Assembly: GCA_965224025.1 (NCBI GenBank)
Contig: OZ245033.1
Coordinates: forward strand, 3,456,001 to 3,520,000
From: Candidatus Multivorans sp.
Lineage (GTDB): Bacteria; Acidobacteriota; Thermoanaerobaculia; Multivoradales; Multivoraceae
Direction: 5' to 3'
Length of the DNA stretch: 64,000 nucleotides
In this document: positions 1-10,140 of the stretch, one piece after another
Layout: every line of letters begins with the position of its first letter
Numbering within the stretch: position 1 is the first letter of the stretch
Translations under genes and position numbers: made by a program
The notes under the pieces: generated by a model
What the model was told of the DNA's origin: nothing
Seen by the model: the letters and a program-made list of their open reading frames with translations, nothing else
Databases searched by the model: none

Positions 1-746
1 TCGACCAGGCGGCGGCCTGCTCCGAAGCCAGCGGGGGCGTAGCGATCACCTTCAGAGGCGCGGACGAAGACGGCGGAGGCGCTCTGCCCCTTGCCGGCTC
101 GGATCCGGCCGATGGTCCGTCGACGATCAGATCGGAGGAGGCCGTGCTCTGCGACGAGGACGGCAGCCTGTTCCGGGGGGAAGTCGAGGCGCTTGCCGGG
201 GCATACCATCTCGCGGCCGCGCAGCTACGGGTCAGCGGGGACCGCAGGCGGCTGACGGCGAGCGGCGACGTACGCACGACCTGGCGCGCGGCGCCGGCGC
301 TCGCGCCGACGGACGCCGGGAAGCAGGAGGTCGACGTTCCTCCCGAAGAGTGGCTGGTGGTCTCGGAGAGGCTGAGCTTTTCGGAGGCCGACGGCGAGTT
401 GCGCTACAGCGGCGGGACCTCGGCGGTTCTGGGAGACCAGCGGCTGAACTGCGACGAGTTGACGGTCGAGACGGCGGCTGCGGACGGTGATTCGGAGGAT
501 GTCCAGACCCAGGCGCTGTACTGCCTGGGGAACGCCCGACTCGAGGATGTCGCCCAGAACCTCTCCGTCGGCGCCGACCGAGCCGTCTATGTCGTGGCGG
601 AACGCATCATCCGGCTCACCGGCGGCGTTGTCGTCCGCAGGGGAGGCGATCTCCTGAGAGGATCGCGCCTGCTCTACTGGCTCGATGAGGGCCGCTACGA
701 GATGGGGCCGTCCGGCAGCGCGGCTGCCGGAGCCGGCCACCCGTGA
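1..746 (+). CDS. LptA/OstA-like LPS transport periplasmic protein, 5'-truncated by window edge
   Basis: Frame of ORF 144..746 is open back to the window start; repeated beta-strand segments ([23 protein letters not shown]); GTGA overlap with lptB. Confidence 0.7.
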   Translation, partial: DQAAACSEASGGVAITFRGADEDGGGALPLAGSDPADGPSTIRSEEAVLCDEDGSLFRGEVEALAGAYHLAAAQLRVSGDRRRLTASGDVRTTWRAAPALAPTDAGKQEVDVPPEEWLVVSERLSFSEADGELRYSGGTSAVLGDQRLNCDELTVETAAADGDSEDVQTQALYCLGNARLEDVAQNLSVGADRAVYVVAERIIRLTGGVVVRRGGDLLRGSRLLYWLDEGRYEMGPSGSAAAGAGHP

Positions 747-1486
747 CCGAGCGGCCGGCCCCGGGCCATCGCATCCGCACCCAGGATGTGCGAAAGGTCT
801 ATCGGGGGCGACCAGTCGTCCAGGACGTGTCGATCGAGGTCGGCCAGGGCGAAGTCGTGGGTCTGCTCGGACCAAATGGCGCCGGCAAGACGACCACGTT
901 CTACATGGTCGTGGGTTTGACCCGGCCGGACGGAGGCCGTGTCTTCCTCGACGACGTGGACATCACCGACCTTCCCATGTACCTGCGGGCGCAGCAGGGC
1001 ATCAGTTACCTGCCGCAGGAACCTTCGGTGTTTCGTCGGCTGTCCGTTGAAGGCAACCTGCGCGCGGTGTTCGAAACACTCGGTCTGGGCCGCGCCGAGC
1101 AGCGCCGCCGAATCAACCAGTTGGTCGGAGACTTCGATCTCTTGGCGGTCCGGCGCTCGAAGGGGAACCAGCTTTCCGGGGGCGAGCGACGCCGGCTCGA
1201 GATTGCCCGCGCGCTCGCGATCAGTCCCAGCTTCATCCTCCTCGACGAGCCGTTCGCCGGTATCGATCCGATCGCGGTACTCGACATCCAGGCGATCATC
1301 CGGCAGCTTCGGGACATGGGCATCGGCGTTCTGATCACGGATCACAACGTGCGGGAGACCCTGAAGATCACGGACCGCGCCTACATCATCAACAACGGCA
1401 GGATCCTCCGCACGGGAACGCCGGCTGAGCTCTCGGCCGATCCGACGGTCCGGAAGATCTACCTCGGCGCGGAGTTCTCGCTGTAG
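743..1486 (+). CDS. lptB: LPS export ABC transporter ATP-binding protein
   Basis: [52 protein letters not shown]; precedes rpoN. Confidence 0.96.
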   Translation: MTERPAPGHRIRTQDVRKVYRGRPVVQDVSIEVGQGEVVGLLGPNGAGKTTTFYMVVGLTRPDGGRVFLDDVDITDLPMYLRAQQGISYLPQEPSVFRRLSVEGNLRAVFETLGLGRAEQRRRINQLVGDFDLLAVRRSKGNQLSGGERRRLEIARALAISPSFILLDEPFAGIDPIAVLDIQAIIRQLRDMGIGVLITDHNVRETLKITDRAYIINNGRILRTGTPAELSADPTVRKIYLGAEFSL

Positions 1487-1510
1487 CAACTCAAGGTGAT
1501 AGCGTCACCT

Positions 1511-1526
1511 TGGCATTGGTTTTGCT
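1511..1526 (+). promoter_or_regulatory. sigma54 -24/-12 element upstream of rpoN
   Basis: TGGCATTGGTTTTGCT: GG at 1512-13 and GC at 1524-25, canonical spacing, intergenic. Confidence 0.75.
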
Positions 1527-1631
1527 GGAATGCTGGCGGCGCGCGGTCAGACACTGAGCGCGGCGGCATGGTGAGACGGCTTCGAGCGGGACCGGCCCGG
1601 CCCCAGGAACCGCTGCCGTTCGAACGCGATC

Positions 1632-3296
1632 ATGGTGCTCCAACAGAGGCTCTCGCTCAAACTGGCCCAACGGCTGGTCATGACACCGGCGCTGCAGCAG
1701 GCGATCAAGCTGCTGCAGATGACCCGCCTGGAGTTGGAGGGCGTACTCAACCAGGAGATCGTCGAGAATCCGATGCTCGAGGATGGCGAGGATGAGGATC
1801 CCGAAGAGGGACCTTCCGCCGAGGCTGCCGGCGCCACCGACGGCGATGCTCCCGCCGCCCCGGCCGACGAGACGGAGAAGCTGAACGGCGCCGAGGAAGG
1901 GGCGGCGGTCGACAATCCCGACCCCGGAGACCCGGAAGAGCCCTCGATGGGAGACATCGACCTCGACGCGTACTTCAACGACTACCTCGGGCCTGATTCG
2001 ACGGTCGCGAACACCTTCGAGAGCCGGGAGTTCTGGCCGATCGAGAACAACGTCAGTCGGGCGCCGGATCTCTACGACCATCTGCTCTGGCAGTTGCGCA
2101 TGTCCGACGCACCGCCGCTTCTTCGCGAGGCCGCCGAGTTGATCATCGGCAATCTCGATAGGGACGGCTTCCTGCGCGCATCGGTCGAGGAAATTCAACT
2201 TCTGGGCGCCGAGGAACGGGAAGCGGAGCGCTACCGCTCGGAGGTCGCGACGGCCCGGGAGATGGACGAAGCGCTGGCCGCCCGCCACCTCGACAACGGC
2301 GGCGGTCCGTCAGTTCCCGACCCGGAGGCGCCGGACCTGGCGCCTCGTTCGGATCCGGTTCCCGGATATGGCGTCGAACTGGTGGAGCGGGCGCTTGCGT
2401 TGGTCCGCAGTTTCGATCCGCCCGGCGTGGCCTGGCCCTCGCTGCGGGAGTGCCTGCTGGCGCAGCTCGAGGCGAAGGACGCCGCGGACGGACTGGCCTA
2501 CCGCATCGTCGGCGAATGCTGGGGGCCGTTCACTCGACGGCAGTTCCGGCTCGTCGCGCGCCGCTTGCGGACTCCGTTGGCGCAGCTCGAGGCGCCGGTC
2601 GAAGAGATCAAGGCGCTGGAGGTGCGACCGGGCCGGCAGTTCTCGAATGACCGCGTCGAGTACGTCGAGCCCGACGTGGTCGCGGTCAAGACCGGCGGCG
2701 AGTGGGCGATCCAGTTGAACGACGACGGCCTGCCCAAGTTGCGGATCAGCCGTGCCTACCGCAGGATGCTGCGACGAATGCGGCGGGACGGCAATCAGGC
2801 GGAGGCGCGGGACTTCCTCAAGGACAAGATGCGTTCGGCGATGTGGCTCATCAAGAGCCTCGACCAGCGTCAGAGAACGATCTACAAGGTCGCGGACTCG
2901 ATTCTGCGGCAGCAGCGGAGGTTCTTCGACCACGGTCTCGACGAACTGCGGCCCATGGTGCTGCGGGACGTGGCCGACGACATCGGCATGCACGAGTCGA
3001 CGGTGAGCCGCGTGGTGTCGAACAAGTACATTCACACGCCGCGCGGACTGTTTCCGATGAAGTTCTTCTTCCACCGCGGCATCGACCGCTACCGGGGCGG
3101 GGAGATCTCCTCGTTGACGGTGAAGCGCATGCTGAGCGATCTGATCGGCGACGAGGACAGCCGCAGGCCGATGTCGGATTCCGCGCTGACGCGCGAACTG
3201 CAGCAGGAGGGCATCAACATCGCCCGGCGAACTGTCGCCAAGTACCGGGATGAACTCGGTATTCCGTCCTCGACCGACCGCAGACGGATCTTCTGA
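1632..3296 (+). CDS. rpoN: RNA polymerase sigma-54 factor
   Basis: MTPALQQAIKLLQ, MHESTVSRV, RpoN box ARRTVAKYR. Confidence 0.98.
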   Translation: MVLQQRLSLKLAQRLVMTPALQQAIKLLQMTRLELEGVLNQEIVENPMLEDGEDEDPEEGPSAEAAGATDGDAPAAPADETEKLNGAEEGAAVDNPDPGDPEEPSMGDIDLDAYFNDYLGPDSTVANTFESREFWPIENNVSRAPDLYDHLLWQLRMSDAPPLLREAAELIIGNLDRDGFLRASVEEIQLLGAEEREAERYRSEVATAREMDEALAARHLDNGGGPSVPDPEAPDLAPRSDPVPGYGVELVERALALVRSFDPPGVAWPSLRECLLAQLEAKDAADGLAYRIVGECWGPFTRRQFRLVARRLRTPLAQLEAPVEEIKALEVRPGRQFSNDRVEYVEPDVVAVKTGGEWAIQLNDDGLPKLRISRAYRRMLRRMRRDGNQAEARDFLKDKMRSAMWLIKSLDQRQRTIYKVADSILRQQRRFFDHGLDELRPMVLRDVADDIGMHESTVSRVVSNKYIHTPRGLFPMKFFFHRGIDRYRGGEISSLTVKRMLSDLIGDEDSRRPMSDSALTRELQQEGINIARRTVAKYRDELGIPSSTDRRRIF

Positions 3297-3336
3297 GGCA
3301 GCAGCCAAGGGGCGAAGGGGGGGCCGCCGAACCAAG

Positions 3337-3792
3337 ATGGATCTGGCAAGTCTGGCGAAGCCGCAACTGATCTTCTCCGATGTCGAGGCGAAGTGCCGCG
3401 ACGGCGCACTGCGAACACTGACCGTGCGAATCTGCCGCGTCCTGGGTCTCTCGGACTCGGATGCGGTCCTGGCCGCCCTGCAGGAGCGGGAGGAGCTGGG
3501 CTCCACCGCCGTGGGCGGCGGCATGGCGATTCCGCACGGGCGGATCCGCGGTTTGCGGGACATCGTGCTGGCGGTAGCGGTGTCGAAGCGCGGTGTCGAC
3601 TTCGGCGCCGATGACGGCGTTCCGGTCCGGTTCTTCTTCGTTCTGCTTTCGCCCCGGGAGAGCGCCGGGCGTCACCTCAAGGCCCTGGCAGCCATTTCCG
3701 AGTGGGTGAGCAGCGGCGGCCGGGAGCGCCTGCGCAGGGTGTCGAAGCCGCAGGAGATCTACGAGCTGCTGTGCGCCGACGGGCGTGTCTGA
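3337..3792 (+). CDS. ptsN: PTS EIIA (Ntr/Fru type)
   Basis: ERE-LGST-VG-GMAIPHGR phospho-His motif, HLKALA; start set at ATG 3337. Confidence 0.85.
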   Translation: MDLASLAKPQLIFSDVEAKCRDGALRTLTVRICRVLGLSDSDAVLAALQEREELGSTAVGGGMAIPHGRIRGLRDIVLAVAVSKRGVDFGADDGVPVRFFFVLLSPRESAGRHLKALAAISEWVSSGGRERLRRVSKPQEIYELLCADGRV

Positions 3793-4681
3793 GCCGCCGG
3801 TCCGTCTGTTCGTGATCACCGGCCTTTCAGGCTCGGGCAAGAGCACGGTTGCCCGGTGCTTCGAGGATCTGGGTCATCACTGCATCGACAACTTGCCTCT
3901 GCCTCTGCTGAGGCACCTCGTCCGCGAGCCGGCCGCCGCCGCGCCGGAACTCGAGGCGATCGTCCTGGTCACGGACCTGCGCACTCCCGGCCTGGCGGAG
4001 GAACTGCCGCGCCTGCTCGACGAAGCGGATCCGGGCCTGGTCGAGCCGGTGTTGATCTTCCTCGACAGCTCCGACGACGTGCTGGTCAGGAGGTACTCCG
4101 AGACGCGGCGCCGGCACCCCTTGACGGGCGAGGGGGAGCGCGTGATCGACGGCATTCGGCGCGAGCGGAAGATGCTCCTGGAACTGCGGGGCCGCGCCTC
4201 GCGCGTGTTCGACACCACGGACTCGACGATCCATGAACTCCGTGCCGCGATCTACAACGAGTTCGCCTCGAGCGATGCGGGCGGTCTGACCGTCAACATC
4301 GTCAGCTTCGGCTTCAAGTTCGGCGTTCCGGCGGGTGTCGATCTGATGTTCGATGTCCGGTTTCTGCCGAATCCGTACTTCGTCGCCGACCTGCGGGAGA
4401 AACCGGGGACCGACCCGGCGGTCCAGGAGTTCCTGCACGGACACGAGGCTTTCGGCGAACTGGTCGACCGGCTCGAGAGCTTTCTGGCCTATCTCCTGCC
4501 GAGATTCCGGGACGAGAACCGTAGCTACCTGACCGTCGGGATCGGCTGTACCGGCGGGCGGCACCGGTCGGTCGCGATCTCGGAAGCCGTGGCGGACCGG
4601 CTCGCCGCCGGCGCCTGGCAGATCCGTTTGCAGCACCGGGACGTGGCCCGCCGCCGGTCGCGGGCGGCGAGCGTCTCGTGA
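3785..4681 (+). CDS. rapZ: RNase adapter RapZ/YvcJ P-loop protein
   Basis: ITGLSGSGKS, DNLP, RRYSETRRRHPL, SFGFKFG, DVRFLPNPYF, GCTGGRHRSV. Confidence 0.96.
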   Translation: MSEPPVRLFVITGLSGSGKSTVARCFEDLGHHCIDNLPLPLLRHLVREPAAAAPELEAIVLVTDLRTPGLAEELPRLLDEADPGLVEPVLIFLDSSDDVLVRRYSETRRRHPLTGEGERVIDGIRRERKMLLELRGRASRVFDTTDSTIHELRAAIYNEFASSDAGGLTVNIVSFGFKFGVPAGVDLMFDVRFLPNPYFVADLREKPGTDPAVQEFLHGHEAFGELVDRLESFLAYLLPRFRDENRSYLTVGIGCTGGRHRSVAISEAVADRLAAGAWQIRLQHRDVARRRSRAASVS

Positions 4682-5109
4682 CCGTCCCCGTGCTCATCGT
4701 TTCGCATGGTGAACTCGCCCAGCGACTGCTCGACTCCGCGCGTGCCATCTCCGGCCAGGATAGCGACACCTGTCCGGTACCGGTCTACGCGCTCTGCATC
4801 GACTTGCGCGCCGACGCCGCCGAGGTGGCGGACCTGATTGAAGCCAGGGTCCGGCGGCTTGACGAGGAGCACGGGGCGGGCGTTCTGATCCTGACCGAGA
4901 TGTTCGGCGACACGCCCTCCAACAGCGCGCTGCGGGCGTCGGGAGTGGCGAAAGCCGCGGTCGTGACGGGGGTCAACCTGCCGATGGTGCTCAGTCTCTG
5001 CTGCGAAGCGCCGGATCTCGACCTGCCGGACCTGGCGGACTGGATCTGGAGCAATGGACGCAAGAGCATCCAGCTCGCCGCGAGCGGCAGCATGCGGCAG
5101 TCGAAGTGA
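4678..5109 (+). CDS. PTS mannose-type EIIA domain protein
   Basis: LIVSHGELA, LTEMFGDTPSN, VTGVNLPMV. Confidence 0.88.
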   Translation: MTVPVLIVSHGELAQRLLDSARAISGQDSDTCPVPVYALCIDLRADAAEVADLIEARVRRLDEEHGAGVLILTEMFGDTPSNSALRASGVAKAAVVTGVNLPMVLSLCCEAPDLDLPDLADWIWSNGRKSIQLAASGSMRQSK

Positions 5110-5375
5110 TGGAACGAGTGGTCGAGGTGGTCAACGAGCTGGGGCTGCACGCGCGCGCTGCCGCCAGGCTGGTGCAGACGGCAAAGCAATTCCGGTCCGA
5201 CGTCGTGTTGCGCGCCAACGGCCGCGAGACCGAGGCGCGGAGCATCCTCGGCGTCCTGCTGCTGGGGGCCGGACTGGGCGCCAGGTTGACGGTCCGCTGC
5301 CTGGGTGAGGACGAGCAGGCCGCGATGACGGCGGTCTGCGACCTGATCGAGACCCGGTTCGGCGAGGACTCATGA
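5109..5375 (+). CDS. ptsH: Phosphocarrier protein HPr
   Basis: NELGLHARAAA (His15), ARSILGVLLL (Ser46 region). Confidence 0.93.
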   Translation: MERVVEVVNELGLHARAAARLVQTAKQFRSDVVLRANGRETEARSILGVLLLGAGLGARLTVRCLGEDEQAAMTAVCDLIETRFGEDS

Positions 5376-7165
5376 GCCGGCCGGACGACACGAAACGGCA
5401 GGAGGCCCTTCAGGGCGCCGGCGCCGCTCCGGGAGTCGCGATCGGCCCCGCGGTCTGCCTTCGCGGCCACGGTGTCGAGGTGCTGCGGGTAACCATCCGG
5501 AGGGGCGGCCTGGACCGCGAGGTCGAGCGCTTCGGCGCCGCCGTACGCACCGTGGAGGCGGAACTCGAGGCCACCGAAAGCCGGATCGCCGAGACCTTCG
5601 GCAGCGACCTGGCCTCCATCTTTCATGCCCACTCGGTGATCCTGCGGGACTCGTCCTTCGCCCGCCGCATCGATCAGATGATCCGCGGCGATCGGGTCAA
5701 TGCGGAGTGGGCGGTGCAGGCGGTGGCCGACGATCTCGGCGAGAAGTTCGCCCAGGTCAAGAGCCAGCACCTGCGCGAACGGGGCGAGGATCTTCGCGAC
5801 GTCACCCGCTACCTGCTCCGGGCACTGGCGGGGAAGCGATCTTCGCCGGGCGTCGGCGAGAACTTCGACCGCAACGTGGTCGTCGTCAGTCATGAGCTGG
5901 CGCCGGACGAGGTATTGCGCCTGGGACGCCGCGGAGCGGTGGGATTCGCGATCGAGGTCGGCGGCGCCAACTCGCACACCGCCATCGTTGCGCGTGCGCT
6001 GGACGTCCCGCTGGTGACCGGCATCGTGGACATCACCAACCGCGTCGCCGACGATGACCCCGTGATCGTGGACGGGGAAGAGGGACGCCTCACTCTCCAT
6101 CCCACGCCGGAGACGCTCGACCAGTACCGCAGCCTTCAGCGCCGACGGCGGCGCAACGAGGAGGCGCAGTCGACCGCGGCCAGAGACCTGCCGGCCCGAA
6201 CCGTCGACGGGGCGGAGGTCGAGCTGCTGGCCAACGTGGAGTTGCCCGAGGAACTGGACGACGTGCGGCGGTTCGGCGCTTCCGGCATCGGCCTCTACCG
6301 AAGCGAGTTCCTGTATCTCGAGAAGAGCCCCGAGCTGCCCACCGAGGAAGAGCACGTGGCCGTGATCCGGCAGCTCCTGGAGACCCTGGCGCCCCAGCCG
6401 GTCGTGGTGCGGACCCTGGACCTCGGCGGCGGCAAGGTGGCCCGCGGCCTCGTGCCGCGGGACGAGGAGAACCCGGCGCTGGGTCAGCGCGGCATTCGGC
6501 TGACCCTGGCGCGCGCGGATGTGTTCCGCGTTCAGTTGCGCGCCCTGTTCCGCGCCGCGTCCTTCGGCAACCTGCGCATCATGGCGCCGATGGTGACCGC
6601 GGTCGAGGAGATCCGGGCGTTGCGCCGTCTCTGCGACGACGTTTGCGCCGAACTCGAGGCCGAGGGCGCCGAGTGCCGGAGGGACGTGGAGTTCGGTGCC
6701 ATGGTGGAAGTGCCGGCGGCGGTGCTGATCGCCCGCCAGCTCGCGGCCGAAGTCGACTTCCTCTCCATTGGCACGAACGATCTGATCCAGTACACGCTGG
6801 CGGTCGATCGGACGAACGAACATGTGGCGGACCTCTATCAACCCCTGCATCCCGCCGTCCTGAGCATGATTCAGTTCGTCGTGGAGGCGGGCCGGAGGCA
6901 GCGGGTTCCAGTCGCCCTGTGCGGCGAGATGGCGGCAAGCCCCGAGTACGCGCCACTCATGCTGGGGCTGGGCCTGCGACAGCTTTCGATGAGTCCCCGG
7001 AGCATTCCCGGCGTCAAGGAAGTCGTGCGTTCGCTGGATGTCTGCGCCGCGGAGGAACTTGCACGCCGGTGCGTCGCTGCGTCGACGGCGGAGGAGGTCG
7101 AGGGCCTGCTCGCCGCATCCGGCGCGGCCGCCGCGCACCGGCGGACGCCGGCCCGGACAGGGTAG
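5372..7165 (+). CDS. ptsI: PEP-protein phosphotransferase, Enzyme I (no GAF domain)
   Basis: NSHTAIVAR, GIGLYRSEF, ENPALGQRGIR, SIGTNDLIQY, CGEMA. Confidence 0.96.
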   Translation: MSRPDDTKRQEALQGAGAAPGVAIGPAVCLRGHGVEVLRVTIRRGGLDREVERFGAAVRTVEAELEATESRIAETFGSDLASIFHAHSVILRDSSFARRIDQMIRGDRVNAEWAVQAVADDLGEKFAQVKSQHLRERGEDLRDVTRYLLRALAGKRSSPGVGENFDRNVVVVSHELAPDEVLRLGRRGAVGFAIEVGGANSHTAIVARALDVPLVTGIVDITNRVADDDPVIVDGEEGRLTLHPTPETLDQYRSLQRRRRRNEEAQSTAARDLPARTVDGAEVELLANVELPEELDDVRRFGASGIGLYRSEFLYLEKSPELPTEEEHVAVIRQLLETLAPQPVVVRTLDLGGGKVARGLVPRDEENPALGQRGIRLTLARADVFRVQLRALFRAASFGNLRIMAPMVTAVEEIRALRRLCDDVCAELEAEGAECRRDVEFGAMVEVPAAVLIARQLAAEVDFLSIGTNDLIQYTLAVDRTNEHVADLYQPLHPAVLSMIQFVVEAGRRQRVPVALCGEMAASPEYAPLMLGLGLRQLSMSPRSIPGVKEVVRSLDVCAAEELARRCVAASTAEEVEGLLAASGAAAAHRRTPARTG

Positions 7166-7178
7166 TAGTCTCCGCGCC

Positions 7179-8522
7179 GTGGAGCGGTTCTACATCGAGA
7201 CCTGGGGCTGCCAGATGAACGAGCTGGACAGCCAGCGCATGGCCGGCCAGTTGATGCAGCAGGGCCTCGTGCCGACGCGGGAGTTGCAGCAGGCGGACCT
7301 GATTCTCCTGAACTCCTGCTCGGTGCGCGAGAAGGCGGCTCAGAAGTCCTACTCCCGGCTGGGAGAGTACCGGCTGCTGAAGCGCGAACGGACGAACCTG
7401 CGAATCGGCTTCTGCGGTTGCGTCGCGCAGCAGGAGGGCGAGGAGGCCCTGAGGCGCAACCCCGACATCGACTTCGTCGTCGGCGCCGGCCGGGTCGGCG
7501 AACTCGGGTCCGTTATCGAGCGCAGCCGGCGCGGCGAGCGCGTCCTGGCGGTCGGGTTTCCCGAGGAGCGGCCGTACGACTTCGAGACCATCAGCCGGGA
7601 CAGCGTCCACAAGGGAATGGTCACGATCATCGAAGGCTGCAACAAGCGCTGCACGTTCTGCGTCGTGCCGAACACGCGGGGACCGGAGCGGTGCCGGCCG
7701 ATGGCGCTGATCCTGAGCGAGATCGAGCACCTTCTCGAATACGGTTTCCTTGAAGTGGAGCTGCTCGGCCAGACCGTGAATCACTGGCGCGAGCCGCCGC
7801 CGCCCGTGGGAAGCGGCCGGGCTCTGGACTTCGCCGATCTGCTGAACGCGGCGGCCGTGCTGCCGGGGCTGAAGCGGCTGCGGTTCGTGACCTCCTATCC
7901 GCGCGATTTCACCGACGCGATGATCGCGGCCGTGGCCGCCCACGACAACATCTCGCCCTACCTTCACCTGCCGGTTCAGTCGGCCTCGAACCGGGTTCTG
8001 CGGCGCATGGGACGCGGCTATACGGTGGAGGAGTACCTCGGCCTGGTCGACCGGCTGCGCGCCTCCCGCGGCGGATTGGCCCTGTCCACCGATCTGATCG
8101 TCGGCTTTCCGGGGGAGACGGAGGAGGACTTTCGGCGCACACTCGATCTGGTCGCAAGGGTCCGTTTCGCCTCCGTGTTCGCGTTCAAGTACAGCCCCAG
8201 ACCGAATACGGCCGCCATCCGGCTGCCCGCTGCGGACGAGGTTCCCCGTGAAGTTGCCGACGAGCGGCTCCAGCGCGTGTTCGCGGCCCAGTCGGTCATC
8301 CAGCGTGAGCTGAACGAGGGCCTGGTGGGAAGAAAGTTCGACCTCCTGGTGACCGGCTGGAGCCGGCGCCCGGGCTATCAGGCCGGGCGAACGGACTGTC
8401 ACCGGATAGTCCACTTCCCGGTCGAAGGGGCGCCGGTCCAAGCCGGGACATTGACGCGCATCCGGACCTTGGAGGCCTACGACCATTCCTTGCTGGGTCA
8501 ACTCGTGGACCGTACATCCTGA
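7179..8522 (+). CDS. miaB: tRNA i6A37 methylthiotransferase
   Basis: IETWGCQMN, NSCSVRE, CxxxCxxC (GCNKRCTFC), C-terminal TRAM-like domain; start set at GTG 7179. Confidence 0.95.
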   Translation: MERFYIETWGCQMNELDSQRMAGQLMQQGLVPTRELQQADLILLNSCSVREKAAQKSYSRLGEYRLLKRERTNLRIGFCGCVAQQEGEEALRRNPDIDFVVGAGRVGELGSVIERSRRGERVLAVGFPEERPYDFETISRDSVHKGMVTIIEGCNKRCTFCVVPNTRGPERCRPMALILSEIEHLLEYGFLEVELLGQTVNHWREPPPPVGSGRALDFADLLNAAAVLPGLKRLRFVTSYPRDFTDAMIAAVAAHDNISPYLHLPVQSASNRVLRRMGRGYTVEEYLGLVDRLRASRGGLALSTDLIVGFPGETEEDFRRTLDLVARVRFASVFAFKYSPRPNTAAIRLPAADEVPREVADERLQRVFAAQSVIQRELNEGLVGRKFDLLVTGWSRRPGYQAGRTDCHRIVHFPVEGAPVQAGTLTRIRTLEAYDHSLLGQLVDRTS

Positions 8523-8625
8523 TCGTGAACTGGTTCCGAGCCCTCGGCCAGCCCGGGGATCGGCCATGCGACCCAAGGACTCAGTCCACTAGTCGCCGTC
8601 CAGCCACTGGCGTAGGATGCCGGGA

Positions 8626-9204
8626 ATGGCGACGGACGGCGGCAGGGACCCGGCAGCCCGGGAGGACGCGGCGGATCGGAAGATCCCGGCTGAGGTCCAC
8701 GGCTTGATGATGGAGCCGAACTCCAACCAGCCGATCGTGATTCTACGCCTGCATGAGAAGGACGGGCACGAGAGTTCGGTGGTCCCGATCTGGATCGGCA
8801 TCTTCGAGGCCGGAGCGATTCAACTCGCCATCGAGGGCAAGGATCCGGGCCGGCCGATGACCCACGACCTGCTGAAGAACGCCCTCGACCTGGTCGGGGC
8901 CGAGGTGATCGAGGTTGTCGTGCGCGCAATCGAGGGCAACACCTTCCTGGCCGTGGTCGAACTCGTCGAGCGGAGCGGCGAGCATCGTCTCCTCGACGCA
9001 CGGCCGAGCGACGCGATCGCGCTCGCTCTCCGTGCCGGAGCGCCGCTTTTTGTGCGCCGGTCGGTGGCCGATCTTGCCCGCGTCAGGCAGCAGACGTCCA
9101 AGGGCGAGGGAGCCGACGCGCCGGTGGCCGGCATGGACGAACAGAAGATGAAGGAGTGGCTCGAAGAGCTCGATCCGAAGGTACTTGGCAAGTACGAGAT
9201 GTAA
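8626..9204 (+). CDS. Bifunctional nuclease family protein (DUF151)
   Basis: PIWIGIFEA, RPMTHDLL, DARPSDAIALALR; alternative start at 8617. Confidence 0.92.
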   Translation: MATDGGRDPAAREDAADRKIPAEVHGLMMEPNSNQPIVILRLHEKDGHESSVVPIWIGIFEAGAIQLAIEGKDPGRPMTHDLLKNALDLVGAEVIEVVVRAIEGNTFLAVVELVERSGEHRLLDARPSDAIALALRAGAPLFVRRSVADLARVRQQTSKGEGADAPVAGMDEQKMKEWLEELDPKVLGKYEM

Positions 9205-9217
9205 CTGGGCGCGGTCG

Positions 9218-10057
9218 ATGAACATCCGAATGGTCCCTCTTTCCCGGATCGAGCCGGACCCCGATCAGCCCAGGCAGCGGCTCGAAGGCCTGGAGGAACT
9301 GACCGCTTCCATCCGGACGAAGGGCGTTCTGGAGCCGATCCTGGCCCGGCCGCTCCCTCCAGTCAACCTTGCCGGCGCCGGAGAGCAGCGGTACCGGATC
9401 ATCTCCGGCGAGCGGCGCTTTCGCGGCGCCCAGCGGGCCGGAGTCAACGAGATTCCGTTGATCGAAATGGACGTCTCTCGCAGCGAGGCGCTCGAGATCG
9501 CGCTGGTCGAGAACCTCCAGCGGGTCGACCTGACGCCATTCGAGGAAGCTGACGGCTTGAGCGCGCTGGTTGAGCAGCACGGCTACACGCACGAACAGGT
9601 CGCCGCGGCGCTCGGCCGCTCCCGGGTCAGTGTGACCGAGTCCCTGGCCTTGCTGAGATTGCCCCGGGCTGTACGCGACAGGGCGATCGCGCTGGGCGTC
9701 TCGGCGAGGAAGTCGATTCTCCTGGAGGTCCTGAAGCTGGCCGCGGAGAGCGAGATGATCGAGATGCTCGAGCGCATTGCCGAGCTCGGTCTCAAGCGAG
9801 CCGATGTGCGCAGCGAGGTGCGGTCGCTCCGATCCGACACGCAACAGGACGAGAGCCAGGGAAAGGCCGAACCGTCCACCGACGGGGGCACGGCAGCGGC
9901 GAAGCCGCATGTATTCCGCTTCCAGGCGCCGGACGAGCGCTACAGCGTCTCCCTGAGCTTCCGCCAGAGCGTCGTAGAGGAGGACGATCTGATCCGGGCC
10001 CTCGAGGAACTCCTCGCGGCGCTCCGACGGGAACGGGACACGGCGGCGACGTTCTAG
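9218..10057 (+). CDS. ParB/RepB/Spo0J family protein, no adjacent parA
   Basis: PDPDQPR, GVLEPIL, ISGERRFRGA (GxRR), ALVENLQRVDL, HTH THEQVAAALGRSRVSVTESL. Confidence 0.9.
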   Translation: MNIRMVPLSRIEPDPDQPRQRLEGLEELTASIRTKGVLEPILARPLPPVNLAGAGEQRYRIISGERRFRGAQRAGVNEIPLIEMDVSRSEALEIALVENLQRVDLTPFEEADGLSALVEQHGYTHEQVAAALGRSRVSVTESLALLRLPRAVRDRAIALGVSARKSILLEVLKLAAESEMIEMLERIAELGLKRADVRSEVRSLRSDTQQDESQGKAEPSTDGGTAAAKPHVFRFQAPDERYSVSLSFRQSVVEEDDLIRALEELLAALRRERDTAATF

Positions 10058-10140
10058 CAGCAGCCGCTGTCGACTTCGACGGGAGGCAGGTCCCGCAGGC
10101 TCGGAGCGCCTCTCGATACGGCCGCGCGCTGCCGCACATC

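Noticed and set aside
4991-7138. Long antisense ORFs (4991..7138, 10158..12314, 29388..31475, 31330..32994, 51876..53582 and others)
   Set aside because: Shadows of real genes in high-GC DNA, with no recognisable motifs.
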